Of a stretch of DNA of 64,000 bases, positions 10,214 through 20,636 are shown piece after piece. The notes beneath the pieces are model-generated. The model was not told where the DNA came from. It saw only the letters and a list, made by a program, of their open reading frames with translations, and made no database searches. This stretch comes from Acidimicrobiia bacterium. Lineage in GTDB: Bacteria; Actinomycetota; Acidimicrobiia; Spongiisociales; ZC4RG35. Within the stretch, counting starts at the first letter, position 1. Every line of letters begins with the position of its first letter. Made by a program: the position numbers and the translations under genes. Location: assembly GCA_965216445.1 (NCBI GenBank), contig OZ244166.1, forward strand, positions 498,565-562,564, read 5' to 3'.

Positions 10214-11026
10214 ATGTTGACAGGTCGTCGCCCACCCGAATGGCTGGCCAGGGCTTGGGAGCTCGGGGGATTGGCCGGTATGACTCTTGCTCTGAGCGGA
10301 GCCGTCGTTTTCGGTTTGGCCGTCGGGCCGTGGGTGCAGACTTTGTCCGACAGTTTTGAAGTGACGTCCGAGGCGCTTGACGTTGTTGACACCACCATCG
10401 AGATCGTCGACGACGCCCTTGTGGTGTTTTCCGAAACACTGGTCGGTGTTGACGGTGTTTTTGTCCAAACTCAGGCAACGTTGGGGGAAACCAGCCGTGT
10501 CGTCCTGACGACGGCTGGCCTATTGACTGATGATGTCCCCGGTCAGATCGAATCGATCCAGGCTGCGATGGACGGTCTGATCGACACCGCCAATGTCGTC
10601 GACGGCATCTTGGGAGCGTTGTCGTTCGTCGGTGTGGACTACGACCCCGAGGTCCCACTGGACGAGGCTTTGAGCGATGTGAATCAGCAACTTGGCGAAC
10701 TCGGAACATCGTTGTCCGATAGCGCCGCCGACCTCTTTTCAATGACAGTCTCGATCAACCGCCTCAACGAGGAGGTTGCGTTGGTCGGAGAGTCTTTGGT
10801 CGGCCTCGAAGAGCAGATCGACCAGTCCAGGATGCTGATTGCCGAGTACCGAACGACTGCGGGTGAAGCACAGGCAGTGGTCACCGAAGCGGCCGACAGG
10901 CTTTCCTCTCAGGTATGGCTCCTGAGGTTGCTCGGCGTTGCCTTGCTGCTGGCCTTTGTCGTCGGATTCAGCGTCGTTTGGTGGATGGGACGGTTGTATC
11001 GACCGCCCACGGAAACCGCCGCCTGA
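10214..11026 (+). CDS. Hypothetical membrane protein with a long helical/coiled-coil region between two TM helices
   Basis: N- and C-terminal hydrophobic segments flank an acidic heptad-rich region. Confidence 0.7.
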   Translation: MLTGRRPPEWLARAWELGGLAGMTLALSGAVVFGLAVGPWVQTLSDSFEVTSEALDVVDTTIEIVDDALVVFSETLVGVDGVFVQTQATLGETSRVVLTTAGLLTDDVPGQIESIQAAMDGLIDTANVVDGILGALSFVGVDYDPEVPLDEALSDVNQQLGELGTSLSDSAADLFSMTVSINRLNEEVALVGESLVGLEEQIDQSRMLIAEYRTTAGEAQAVVTEAADRLSSQVWLLRLLGVALLLAFVVGFSVVWWMGRLYRPPTETAA

Positions 11027-11030
11027 AGAG

Positions 11031-12362
11031 TCAAACGGGTTTCGGTGTGGGTTCTTCCTCCGACAGTTCCGACCACTTGGCCCGGAATCCATCCCTGATG
11101 ATGGTCCTCATCTTGGAGACGTTTCCCCAGAGAGCCCATACGGCAGCCAGGATGAACGCCAGCGCCACCATTTCTCGGGCAAAAAGCGACGCCGATTCAC
11201 CGATAACGCCGAACTCAGCAAGGAGTGACTCGACAACCTGAGCCAGGAAGAGGCCGAGCATCAGGAGAGCCTCCCGGTTCGACATGGAAAGGCTGGCGAG
11301 GATCGCTACCGCAAACACCGATTGGGACGCGGTGACGAGAAGCTCGACACGCTGGACCTCGTCGAGTGGCAGGCCGTTGAGGCTCCTGGAGAAGATCGCA
11401 AACACGATCGGCAGGGTTCCGACTAGAAGGGTCCACTGGTTCACTTTCGACGAGACGAGGGCGCCCAGCCCCGTTCTGGCGGAGAGACGCCAAGCAAACA
11501 AAGAAGCAACGAGAAGCTCGGGTGCTTCCGAGGCTGTCGGTGCGATCCACTTGATCAAAAGGAACTCGCTGACCCCAATCGACTCGCCCATCGCGATGAT
11601 CGATTCGGCGAAAGGCTCGGCACACAAGAGAATGACCCCAGCTGCAACGACAAACCCTGTGTAGTTGACCATTCGTCGCGTCCGTCTGGGCAAAGAACCT
11701 ATGTAGGCGGATGGCCCGACGAGGTGTGGTTCCTCAGGCGGTGCTCCGCTGAGCCTGACGAGGTACAGGGCGTAGATCGCCACGAGGATCGCGGCGTCCA
11801 CGAGCGTGAGTGACTCCTTGAGGGCGAGCGTCATCCCGTAAACGGTGGCGACAGCCAGGAATGCAATGTCGACGGACTGGCTCCGGGCCAGGTGGATCTC
11901 GTGCTTGGTTGTGCCCTGCGCAATTTCGGGAGTGGCTCGCATCTTCCGGACGCGCCAGGTACCCAAAAGCACCACCAATGGCCATCCCAAGCCAATCAGG
12001 AGCTGGTTTCCACCGGTCATATTGGCCAAAGCAAGGTGGCCGTATTGCTCAGCAGCACCGGTTTCGAGGAATTCGCGCCCAGCGTTGGCTGTGAGCACGA
12101 AGTCGACCGCGTATTCGGGCAGGACAGCGATCAGAGCCAACAAGGCGAGAGCGAGACCGGCGGCTATGTCGAGCTGGACCACTTCGGCGGCCCAGGCCAA
12201 CATGAAGGCCGCCCCGACTATCGCTATGCCGAAGAGAAATGCGCCGAGAATCGGATCGGGATGGGCGCCGCTGAGGCTTATCACAACACCGGGTATCACC
12301 GCCAGGAGTGCCAGGGCGATGTATGCGATTTGGCGGCGAGGTCTTGTAGTCCCTGACTCCAT
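11031..12362 (-). CDS. CaCA family Na+/Ca2+ (or H+) antiporter
   Basis: Alpha-repeat motifs AVLPEYAV...ANMTGGN and ASEAPE...LVSSKVNQ. Confidence 0.85.
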   Translation of the reverse strand: MESGTTRPRRQIAYIALALLAVIPGVVISLSGAHPDPILGAFLFGIAIVGAAFMLAWAAEVVQLDIAAGLALALLALIAVLPEYAVDFVLTANAGREFLETGAAEQYGHLALANMTGGNQLLIGLGWPLVVLLGTWRVRKMRATPEIAQGTTKHEIHLARSQSVDIAFLAVATVYGMTLALKESLTLVDAAILVAIYALYLVRLSGAPPEEPHLVGPSAYIGSLPRRTRRMVNYTGFVVAAGVILLCAEPFAESIIAMGESIGVSEFLLIKWIAPTASEAPELLVASLFAWRLSARTGLGALVSSKVNQWTLLVGTLPIVFAIFSRSLNGLPLDEVQRVELLVTASQSVFAVAILASLSMSNREALLMLGLFLAQVVESLLAEFGVIGESASLFAREMVALAFILAAVWALWGNVSKMRTIIRDGFRAKWSELSEEEPTPKPV

Positions 12363-12405
12363 CAGTCGGCGAGTCTAAGACCTAGCGGGCATCAACGTGA
12401 TTTGG

Positions 12406-13512
12406 TCAGTAGAGCACACGCTTGCAGTTCCAGGCCTGCCAGTAATACTCGCCGAGCTCCTCATACCGATTGGCCAGCCATGCCGCAGACGCGGTGTTGG
12501 CCACGGGATCGAACGGGCTGGCCCCTGGGAATCCGGCGGGGCCGGCTGTGGTCGCCCACGTCGAAGGTATGAACTGGAACAGACCTGATGCACCCGAGTA
12601 GGGGTTGTACGCGTCGGGGTCACCGTTCGACTCACACGAGATGATGTGCAGCGCCTGGTCGACTCTGTCGGCCGGAAAGTACTGGGAGACGAGTCCACGC
12701 CATTGCTCTACTTCGGGAGGCGGTGTCCATGGGTACCCGCCGCCTCCGACAGTGGTTGTCACTTGTGGGGCAGTAGTGGTCGTTGCTCCCGACCCAGGTG
12801 GCGACGTGGTTGTGGTCGTTTGCTTGGCTTCTTCGGCTGCTTTGGCCTCTGCCTCAGCAACGCCATCGAGAGCCTCGCGGTAGGCGGCGTCTGCAGCGTT
12901 CGCAGCCCGCACCGCATCGGCAACAGCGGAGTCGGCTTGCTCGAATAGCTCGGCAAGCCTCTCGACTTCAGCGTCGAATTCGGCTTGTTTGGCGGCGACT
13001 GCTTCTTGACGAGCCGCAAACTCCACCTGGAGTTTCTCGAGATCACGCTTCTTCAGTATCAGGCCGTCTATCTCGGATTGACCCAAACCGATGACATCCT
13101 CCACAACGCGACCGGTGATCATCGCCTCTTCGACTGACTTGGAGTTGACCACTGCCATCGAGGCCGAGGAAAGAGCCGTCATATAGGCGTCAACCGCACG
13201 TAATTCGATGTCGCTTTGGATTCCGGCCATTTGGGCGTCGGCAAAGCCGAGTTGTTCGGCGAGTCGGTCAAGTCCGACGGAGAGCTTTGACAGTTCTTCG
13301 GAAAGCTCGTTGATTCGGGTGATGGTCGCAACGAGCTCTAGTTCGATGGCCGCCCGGTTGGCAACGGCGGTCTCGACCAATCCCTGCGCAACCTCGGCCC
13401 GTTCCGCCTCTTCGTCGGCACTCTGGGCGCGAGCAATCAGGTCGTCGGTGAAAACGATGGAAAGGAGGGTGATGAGAGCCAGAAAAACTGAAAGGGCGCG
13501 TGTAGAACGCAT
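12406..13512 (-). CDS. Secreted coiled-coil protein with a C-terminal lytic transglycosylase (SLT-like) domain
   Basis: Signal peptide, coiled coil, Thr-rich linker, CESNGDPDAYN and GASGLFQFIPSTW. Confidence 0.85.
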   Translation of the reverse strand: MRSTRALSVFLALITLLSIVFTDDLIARAQSADEEAERAEVAQGLVETAVANRAAIELELVATITRINELSEELSKLSVGLDRLAEQLGFADAQMAGIQSDIELRAVDAYMTALSSASMAVVNSKSVEEAMITGRVVEDVIGLGQSEIDGLILKKRDLEKLQVEFAARQEAVAAKQAEFDAEVERLAELFEQADSAVADAVRAANAADAAYREALDGVAEAEAKAAEEAKQTTTTTSPPGSGATTTTAPQVTTTVGGGGYPWTPPPEVEQWRGLVSQYFPADRVDQALHIISCESNGDPDAYNPYSGASGLFQFIPSTWATTAGPAGFPGASPFDPVANTASAAWLANRYEELGEYYWQAWNCKRVLY

Positions 13513-13642
13513 AAGTAGGGTGCCAAGGGTACTCACTTACTCGCCGGAGGAGAACTGGGATCGGGCTCCCAGGAGCTTGTTGGAATGCCAGGCCCTCGGC
13601 CTGCGTTGCGTTCGTCTGACGCCTTCAAGAGGAATTGATCCA

Positions 13643-14038
13643 ATGATCCCCGAAACACATGCAGATCTGGTGGCCTGGGACACCAAGAGTTTTGCTCATC
13701 TCGCCACACTCGGTCCGGACGGCGAACCGCAATCGAGCCCGGTGTGGTTCGAGTGGGACGGAACGCACATCCGTTTCAGTCTCACCACAGGTCGCCAGAA
13801 GTATCGCAATCTGCAGCGGGACAAACGCATTGCAATGTCCATCCTCGATCCGGACAACTCATACCGGTACATCGAGATTCGTGGCGAGCTGGACGAAGTC
13901 GAGCCGGATCCGAACATCGACTTCATTTCCCGGATGGCGAAGAAGTACATCGACAAGGATCGCTACCCCTGGCATCAGGAGGGCGACGAGCGGGTCATCA
14001 TGAAGGTCCGCCCCGTCAAGACCTCAGGAATGGGTTGA
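13643..14038 (+). CDS. PPOX-class F420-dependent oxidoreductase
   Basis: AHLATLGPDGEPQSSPVW, RQKYRNLQRD, YRYIEIRG. Start set to ATG 13643 after AGAGGA. Confidence 0.88.
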   Translation: MIPETHADLVAWDTKSFAHLATLGPDGEPQSSPVWFEWDGTHIRFSLTTGRQKYRNLQRDKRIAMSILDPDNSYRYIEIRGELDEVEPDPNIDFISRMAKKYIDKDRYPWHQEGDERVIMKVRPVKTSGMG

Positions 14039-14090
14039 ATTTACGATCACTTGACGATGGAGAGTGTTGAATAGTTGGTGGAGGTTCTTG

Positions 14091-14729
14091 ATGTTTGGAC
14101 GAAAAAGCAACGAAATACCCGAAATCGATGCAGCACTGCCGGGACGTGAGCAAGCAGTGACCGTCCCGCCCGCCCACTTTGTGAACGGAAACCCACTCGA
14201 GGGTCCTTACGCCGACGGTCTTGAAGTTGCGGTGTTCGGGATGGGCTGTTTTTGGGGGGCGGAGCGGCGGTTCTGGCAACTCCCCGGCGTATACACAACG
14301 TCGGCAGGCTATGCGGGCGGACACACACCCAACCCCACCTACGAGGAAGTCTGCTCCGGGCGAACCGGGCACACTGAAGTGGTCATGGTGGTCTACAACC
14401 CGTCGGAGGTTTCCTTCGACGAGCTTCTCCGTGTGTTCTGGGAGACTCACGATCCCACCCAGGGCATGCGTCAGGGCAACGACCTCGGTACCCAATATCG
14501 CTCTGCGATCTACACGACTACCGACGAACAACTCGACCAGGCGAAACGGTCCCAGGATGTCTATCAGGAGGTTGTCTCGGCCGACGGGTTTGGCGAGATA
14601 ACTACCGAGATTGCCCCTTTGGCTGAGTATTACTTTGCCGAGGACTATCACCAGCAATACCTGGCGAAGAACCCGAACGGTTACGACTGCCACGCCAACA
14701 CCGGGTTGGCATATCCGGGTCTGACCTAA
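14091..14729 (+). CDS. msrA: Peptide-methionine (S)-S-oxide reductase
   Basis: [36 protein letters not shown]. Start at ATG 14091 after GGAGG. Confidence 0.96.
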   Translation: MFGRKSNEIPEIDAALPGREQAVTVPPAHFVNGNPLEGPYADGLEVAVFGMGCFWGAERRFWQLPGVYTTSAGYAGGHTPNPTYEEVCSGRTGHTEVVMVVYNPSEVSFDELLRVFWETHDPTQGMRQGNDLGTQYRSAIYTTTDEQLDQAKRSQDVYQEVVSADGFGEITTEIAPLAEYYFAEDYHQQYLAKNPNGYDCHANTGLAYPGLT

Positions 14730-14743
14730 AGACCGAGCGGGGC

Positions 14744-14791
14744 TTTCTGTACGCACAGGCGGCCATATATGGCCGCCTGTTCCTAAGGAAG
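14744..14791 (-). repeat. 48-bp dyad repeat, copy 1
   Basis: Minus strand CTTCC-TTAGGAACAGG-CGGCCATATATGGCCG-CCTGTGCGTAC-AGAAA, 2 bp after the stop of the S41 gene. It contains a perfect 26-bp palindrome at 14755-14780. Confidence 0.85.
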
Positions 14792-14793
14792 CC

Positions 14794-16170
14794 CTAATTC
14801 AGCGAGGAGGCCAGTGCAGTGACTGCTTCGGCGTCCATCTCGGGGGTGAAATCAGCGGGGACATCAGGGGTGACCCCGTCGCCACCAAAGTCATGCCCGC
14901 CTGGTGTGACCCACCGAGCGATGGTCACCTTGAATGCTCCACCGTTGGAGAGCGAGAATTGCTGTTGGACGGTGTTCTTGCCGAATGAGTTCTCACCGGT
15001 CACGGTTGCCCTGCCCCGTTCCTGAAGAACGGCGGAAACTACTTCCGATGCGGAAGCGGAACCGCGATTGACGATAACCACAACAGGTATCTCTTCCGGG
15101 ACCAGAACCTCACCCGTTACCGGGAACGACCTGTCGTTGTCCGGACTCTGAGTTATGACAACGTCGCCGTCGGGTAGAAAGATCGACGTAACTTCAATCG
15201 CGGTGTCGAGGAGGCCGCCGGGGTTATTCCTCAGGTCGAAAACCAACTCGTTGATCCCGGCTTCCAGCAGCTCCTGAATTGCCTCTTCGAGCTGTTCGTC
15301 GGCGTTGTCGCTGAAGATGTTGAGGGCGACATATCCGACATCTCCGAACTGATCGCTCTGAACCACAGGGATCACAACGGCAGCCCTGGTGATAGTCACG
15401 TCAAAGGTGCTGCCGGAGCGTTCTACTTTGAGGAGAACATCGGTGCCCGCTGGACCTCTAACAGTGGCTGTGACTTCGTCGAGTGTCCATCCGAGGATGT
15501 CCTCGCCATCGACCCCGACGATGATGTCTTCGCTCAAGATTCCGGACGCCTCGGCGGGGCTCCCCTCGATAGTAGAGACGATGATCAGCCGGCAGGTCTC
15601 GGAGATCGTGGAGCACTGGGGGCTCCCTTCGGTGATGGTCGAATCCTCCGCCGTCACCAGAGCTCCGATACCTTCGATCTGGCCCTCCTGTTCCTCTTGG
15701 ATGAGATCCACAGCCGCGGGGTCCAGATAGACCGAGTTCGGGTCCAGGGCTTCTGCCATACCGCGAACAATCGCCTCGGCGCCCTCAAAGCTGTCTTCGG
15801 CTTCGTCTGGCAGAACCTCGCACGTGGCGGCGAACGTCGGTGAAGGAAGTGCACAAAGTAAGTCGCTTGTCGCCGTGGAGCCGTCGAGGTTGATCACCGA
15901 AGCGGTAGCCGCTTCGGCCAGGGTCAGGTCGGCGACTTCGTCGACGTAGTTTCGGTTGATGATGTCATAAGCCTCGCAAACGATCGAGACGTCGTCATCA
16001 GCGTCGGCGCAGCCCACGGATTCGACCCGACGACCGTTTTCAGAGACGGATGTGCTGGTCTCCACGACCTGGCTCGTACTGGTTTGGTCCGAGGTCGTCG
16101 AGCTAGCGCTGTCAACGCAGGCGGTCAGCACAAGGGCAAGGGATATCAGAATCGGTGTTGTCTTGTTCAT
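14794..16170 (-). CDS. S41 family (CtpA-like) carboxy-terminal protease, lipoprotein
   Basis: LTAC lipobox, PDZ region, DLRNNPGG, SASASE, SFGKNTVQ. Confidence 0.9.
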   Translation of the reverse strand: MNKTTPILISLALVLTACVDSASSTTSDQTSTSQVVETSTSVSENGRRVESVGCADADDDVSIVCEAYDIINRNYVDEVADLTLAEAATASVINLDGSTATSDLLCALPSPTFAATCEVLPDEAEDSFEGAEAIVRGMAEALDPNSVYLDPAAVDLIQEEQEGQIEGIGALVTAEDSTITEGSPQCSTISETCRLIIVSTIEGSPAEASGILSEDIIVGVDGEDILGWTLDEVTATVRGPAGTDVLLKVERSGSTFDVTITRAAVVIPVVQSDQFGDVGYVALNIFSDNADEQLEEAIQELLEAGINELVFDLRNNPGGLLDTAIEVTSIFLPDGDVVITQSPDNDRSFPVTGEVLVPEEIPVVVIVNRGSASASEVVSAVLQERGRATVTGENSFGKNTVQQQFSLSNGGAFKVTIARWVTPGGHDFGGDGVTPDVPADFTPEMDAEAVTALASSLN

Positions 16171-17540
16171 TAAGAATTCTGGAGGGCGAAGTTCACGAGA
16201 TCTTCCGGGCTGGCATCGGTGGGCAGTTCGACGACACGGTCGGGGACCAGCCCGCCATCCACCACCGACGTGCCGTTCGGCGTTGTCCAGTGGGCAATCG
16301 CGACGTGGAATTCTCCGCCGTTTCTGAGCTCGAATGGTATCTGCACCGCGTTCTTACCGAAGGTAGGTTGTCCGATAATCACCGCACCACGGCGGTCGCG
16401 AAGGGCCCCAGCAAGAATCTCCGCCGCTGAAGCGGTGCCCTCGTTGACGAGTACGAGCAGACGTGGGCTTGTGACCGGCGCTCCGCCTTCGGCGCTATAG
16501 GTGAATTCGCCCTCGGGGCTTTGTGTGTGGAGGATCGGCCCATCGGCGATGAACTGGGATGCGACGTTGACAACTGCGTCGATCAAACCGCCCGGGTTGT
16601 CGCGCAGGTCGATCACGATCGTCCTCGGTCCTGCTGCCATAAGTGCCCCGACGGCCGAGTCGACGATGAAGGGGATGTCGAAAGAGAAGTCGGGGATGCG
16701 CAGGTAGCCAACCCCATCGACCGGTAGCTCAACCTCAGCGGATGGGAATTCCAATTCCGCTCGCGAAACAGTCACGTCGACGGCTGTTCCGTCTCGTTCG
16801 AGGGACAGGACGACATCGCCTGTCTCGTCACCGCTGATTTGGGTTGCGGTTTCGACAAATCCCTGGCCGATGACAGAGTTGCCGTCCACACCTGTGATGA
16901 TGTCGCCTGGCATGAGTCCGGCGGCAGCGCCCGGGTTGCCTTCCAAAACGAAGACAATGCGGAGTTGACATACCTCGGCGATCTGGGTGCATTTCGACCC
17001 AGCTGCGTCGGTGGCATCGAGAAGAATCCCGACACCCGCTACAACACCATCGGACCTGAAACCTGCAGCTGATTCCGGATCGATGTACCACGTGAAAGGA
17101 TCCAGGCCGCGGTCGATCATCGCGGTGACTGCAGCTTCGACGGCTGGCCCCACCGGGAGGAGTTCGTCCTGGACTCGCTGTTTGAGAACGTCACACAGGT
17201 CTGCAAAAGCCGCGTCCGGTATGGCGCAGAAGAACGTTCGCGGTGGATCCTCAGTGTCGGTGCTCTCAAACTCCTGTGCGGCTGTCGATGCAATCGCAGC
17301 AAGCGCAGTTATGTCAACGGGGCCGTCTACATACCATTCATCGAGGAGTTCGATCGTTTCGCAAAGCGTGGAAAACGTGACTGGAGGCGCACCGCATCCT
17401 TGGACCTCCATGGGGAGATCCAAGCTCGTCGACGTCGTCGAGGACACAGGTGGCAGGGTCACCTGCTGCGTCGGGCTGGTGTCAGTTTGCGGGGAACACG
17501 CAGCTGCCACGACGGTGAGTGTCAGCAGAAGACGGCGCAT
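16170..17540 (-). CDS. S41 family (CtpA-like) carboxy-terminal protease, lipoprotein (paralog)
   Basis: AAAC lipobox, DLRDNPGG, TASAAE, TFGKNAVQ. Confidence 0.9.
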   Translation of the reverse strand: MRRLLLTLTVVAAACSPQTDTSPTQQVTLPPVSSTTSTSLDLPMEVQGCGAPPVTFSTLCETIELLDEWYVDGPVDITALAAIASTAAQEFESTDTEDPPRTFFCAIPDAAFADLCDVLKQRVQDELLPVGPAVEAAVTAMIDRGLDPFTWYIDPESAAGFRSDGVVAGVGILLDATDAAGSKCTQIAEVCQLRIVFVLEGNPGAAAGLMPGDIITGVDGNSVIGQGFVETATQISGDETGDVVLSLERDGTAVDVTVSRAELEFPSAEVELPVDGVGYLRIPDFSFDIPFIVDSAVGALMAAGPRTIVIDLRDNPGGLIDAVVNVASQFIADGPILHTQSPEGEFTYSAEGGAPVTSPRLLVLVNEGTASAAEILAGALRDRRGAVIIGQPTFGKNAVQIPFELRNGGEFHVAIAHWTTPNGTSVVDGGLVPDRVVELPTDASPEDLVNFALQNS

Positions 17541-17582
17541 GGTTCATCATTATGCGACGAGCGATTGGTTACCGTCCGTCTT

Positions 17583-18653
17583 GTGAGACTACGAGTACAT
17601 CTCAGAGACCCCGAGGGCGGGTCACAGATTCGAGACATTGTGGATGGCCGATGGATCGAGCCGACAGGAATAGCTGACGAGACCATCGGACAGGATTCTT
17701 ACGCGATACCCGGGCTGATTGACGCTCATGCTCACCTCGCTGCTCCTATTGGCCAAGATTGGAAGACGGATACCTACGAGAATGCCGTGTCAAGGGCACT
17801 CCAGGCCGTCACCAACGGTGTGATGTTTATCTTCGACAAGGGCTGGTCCAACCTTGACACCGTGAGGATTCTCGAAGAGGTGAGCCCGGAGCAACGCCCC
17901 GACATTCAGGCGGCTGGAATCATCAACGCTGTCGAAGAGGGCTACTGGCCCGACTTTGCTCACGAATTGACCGAAGCGACATTCGAATCCGGCATCCGGC
18001 GGTCAATTGAAGAAGGCCGGGGATGGGTGAAGCTCGTCGGCGACTGGCCGCGGCGGGGCCGGGGACCGGTGGCCAATTTCGATGAAGATCAGTTACGTCG
18101 CGCTGTCGAGTTGGCAGAAGCCGCCGGAAGCAGGGTCGCCATCCACACAATGGCCCGCGAAGCACCGTCGATGGCGGTCAGGGCCGGTGTTCATTCAATT
18201 GAACACGGCTTGTTCCTGGACACCGATGACCTGGAGGCGCTGGGGTCGCGATCGGGGATGTGGGTACCGACAATTCTCCGGATGGAGGCCGTCGTCGAAC
18301 AACTCGGGGCGGAGTCGTCGGGTGGCAAGCTCCTGGTAGAAGGGTTGGACAACGTGCGACGTCAAATGGAGTTGGCAGTCGAGGCTGGAGTCCATGTACT
18401 GGCTGGAACCGACGTGACCGTTGGAACTCACGACGTCGCTCTCGAAGCCGAGAAGATGATCGAGTACGGCCTCCCGATAGAACTGGCATATCGGTCGGTC
18501 ACTTCGGCTGGCTATCTCGCCGGAGGCAGGTCCGATGGTTTCGAGGTTGGGGAACCCGCCAATGTTGTTCTGTTGCGTACCAGTCCGCTTGAGGACTTCA
18601 CAACGCTGGCTCATCCAGAACGGGTCATCAGAATGGGGCGCGTGTTGAGATGA
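17583..18653 (+). CDS. Metal-dependent amidohydrolase
   Basis: IPGLIDAHAH, VAIH, SIEHG, LAGTD. Start set to GTG 17583 to avoid overlapping the divergent gene. Confidence 0.85.
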   Translation: MRLRVHLRDPEGGSQIRDIVDGRWIEPTGIADETIGQDSYAIPGLIDAHAHLAAPIGQDWKTDTYENAVSRALQAVTNGVMFIFDKGWSNLDTVRILEEVSPEQRPDIQAAGIINAVEEGYWPDFAHELTEATFESGIRRSIEEGRGWVKLVGDWPRRGRGPVANFDEDQLRRAVELAEAAGSRVAIHTMAREAPSMAVRAGVHSIEHGLFLDTDDLEALGSRSGMWVPTILRMEAVVEQLGAESSGGKLLVEGLDNVRRQMELAVEAGVHVLAGTDVTVGTHDVALEAEKMIEYGLPIELAYRSVTSAGYLAGGRSDGFEVGEPANVVLLRTSPLEDFTTLAHPERVIRMGRVLR

Positions 18654-19225
18654 ATCTGATTCTTGCTTCGGGCTCACCGCGTCGAAAGGAGCTCTTGGAT
18701 TCGCTCGGCCTCAGCTTCGATGTGCACGTCCCCAACGTGGATGAGACCAGGCATCCAGATGAGATGCCTGGTGTTTACGTGGAACGAGTGGCCCGGCTGA
18801 AAGCCTCGTCCGTGGAGGATGCTGATGCCATCGTTCTCGCCGCCGACACCACGGTCGTGTTGGAAGGTCGGATTCTCGGGAAGCCGGGACACCCCGAAGA
18901 GGCGAGGTCGATGTTACGTCGGCTATCGGGGGCAACCCATGAGGTATTCACCGGAGTAGCCGTAAGCCGTCGGGAAGACTGTTACTCCGTAGTGGCGACA
19001 ACCGACGTAACGATGATCGAAATGACAAACGAGGAAATCGCCTCCTACGTGGAATCAGGGGAGCCCATGGACAAAGCCGGTGCGTATGCACTCCAAGGCA
19101 AAGGTGGCATCTATGTCGAGAAGGTCGTCGGATCTCCTTCCAACGTCATCGGACTTCCCATCCATCTCATTCCCCGACTTCTGAGTCGTGTTGGTGTGGA
19201 AATTTCCGATTTCGGGTCTCGTTGA
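18650..19225 (+). CDS. maf: Maf family nucleoside triphosphate pyrophosphatase
   Basis: LILASGSPRRKELL, LAADT, GKP, DKAGAY, NVIGLP. Confidence 0.95.
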   Translation: MNLILASGSPRRKELLDSLGLSFDVHVPNVDETRHPDEMPGVYVERVARLKASSVEDADAIVLAADTTVVLEGRILGKPGHPEEARSMLRRLSGATHEVFTGVAVSRREDCYSVVATTDVTMIEMTNEEIASYVESGEPMDKAGAYALQGKGGIYVEKVVGSPSNVIGLPIHLIPRLLSRVGVEISDFGSR

Positions 19226-19255
19226 TTGGCCACATCCCGACTAGCTTGGAACGTC

Positions 19256-20215
19256 ATGCGCCGACTCATACCTGCTGTTTGCCTGCTTCTCGTTGCTGCC
19301 GCCTGTGGCGGCGACGAAGGCGCGGAAACCACAACATCAGCTTTGGAAACCACTTCCTCCACAACGCCTGAGACGACGACGAGTACGGTCGCAGACACGA
19401 CCACAACAGTCGCTGAGACAACCACGTCGACCGAGGGGACGACAACCACGACTGAACCCCCCGGCAACTGGGCTGCTGAACCTCTCGTTGTCTCCGAGTT
19501 CGGCGCTCTGGGCTGGTGGGACGGCGGTAACTGGGTCCAGGTAGATGAGCTGACCGCCCTTCCGGTTTCGGGAGGAGAGGACTATCAGGTGGCATTCCTG
19601 GGGTTGGAAGCCGGGGTTACCGGTGGCCCTGAGACATTGTTATGCGAGCCGTTGAACAATCCCGGTGTAGAGCTGAGCAACACCGACATCCTCGGAGGTT
19701 TCCCGGGCCCGAGTGGCGTTGCCATCTCCGCTCCTTGGGAACTGGTTCCCCACTTTGTCCAAGATGAAGTCGACGATGGCACCTACTCGGATTTCGCCCG
19801 CCCTCTTCTGGCTTCGCGGGGACTCGACGTTGAGAATCCAGTCATCAAACAGGTCGTCCGGTTCGATATCGAAGGCGATGGTGTGAATGAGGTGATCGCC
19901 GTAGCCGAAGACATCGCTGACGACGGGCTCTTCGCCCAGGTCGGCGACTATTCGCTGGCCTTCCTTCGCAGGGTTGTTGATGGCGAGGTCCAAACCGCCA
20001 TCCTTGGTGATTCGGTTGTGACGCCGCCCGATCCTGGTGTGACCCCATTTGTCCTTTCGTACGCGGTTGCAGCTATTGCTGATCTCAGCGGGGACGGGAA
20101 GATGGAAATCGTCATGAACTCGGTGTATTACGAGGGCGTGGGTTGGGGTGTTTGGGAGTACGTCAACGACGATCTCGGACCGGTGCTTCAGATTCAGAGC
20201 GGCTGCGGGGCCTGA
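19256..20215 (+). CDS. Hypothetical lipoprotein with a Thr-rich linker and FG-GAP-like DxxGDG motifs
   Basis: AAAC lipobox; FDIEGDGVNE and ADLSGDGKME. Confidence 0.75.
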   Translation: MRRLIPAVCLLLVAAACGGDEGAETTTSALETTSSTTPETTTSTVADTTTTVAETTTSTEGTTTTTEPPGNWAAEPLVVSEFGALGWWDGGNWVQVDELTALPVSGGEDYQVAFLGLEAGVTGGPETLLCEPLNNPGVELSNTDILGGFPGPSGVAISAPWELVPHFVQDEVDDGTYSDFARPLLASRGLDVENPVIKQVVRFDIEGDGVNEVIAVAEDIADDGLFAQVGDYSLAFLRRVVDGEVQTAILGDSVVTPPDPGVTPFVLSYAVAAIADLSGDGKMEIVMNSVYYEGVGWGVWEYVNDDLGPVLQIQSGCGA

Positions 20216-20631
20216 TGGAAAATCCGTTCACTGACCGGGTCACGTACGTCGGTCATACGAGAATTGAGCTGACCGAAGCCTCCGTCGATCGCGTTGTCGG
20301 GCAGATCGAGATCGACGACATCCACCATCAGCCTTATGGAGTGGTTCATGGCGGCGTGTACGCCACACTGGTCGAGACACTCGCATCGACAGGTGCCGCC
20401 ATCTGGGCCATGGGCAACGATATGGGTGGAGCCATGGGAGTTTCGAATACAACTGACTTCATCCGGGCAACATCGGAGGGGGTCATCGAAGGTGTCGCCA
20501 CTCCGATTCACCGTGGTCGCAACCAACAGCTGTGGGAGGTGGCGGTCACCCGGAAGTCGGATGGAAAGCTGGCCGCTCACGGTCAGGTCCGTCTCCAGAA
20601 CGTCCGGGATACAGACGCCGTCGCCAAGTAG
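20215..20631 (+). CDS. PaaI family thioesterase
   Basis: HHQPYGVVHGGVYATLVET, PIHRGRNQQLW. Confidence 0.9.
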   Translation: MENPFTDRVTYVGHTRIELTEASVDRVVGQIEIDDIHHQPYGVVHGGVYATLVETLASTGAAIWAMGNDMGGAMGVSNTTDFIRATSEGVIEGVATPIHRGRNQQLWEVAVTRKSDGKLAAHGQVRLQNVRDTDAVAK

Positions 20632-20636
20632 ACAAC

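Noticed and set aside
13513-13642. c-di-AMP (ydaO) riboswitch before the transglycosylase gene
   Set aside because: No GCCGAA/GGAAC/GGGGAACC core in the short divergent gap.
19320-19460. Thr-rich ACC/ACG-like repeats (also near 12770-12820 and 29360-29400)
   Set aside because: These are ordinary low-complexity lipoprotein linkers, not DNA repeat elements.
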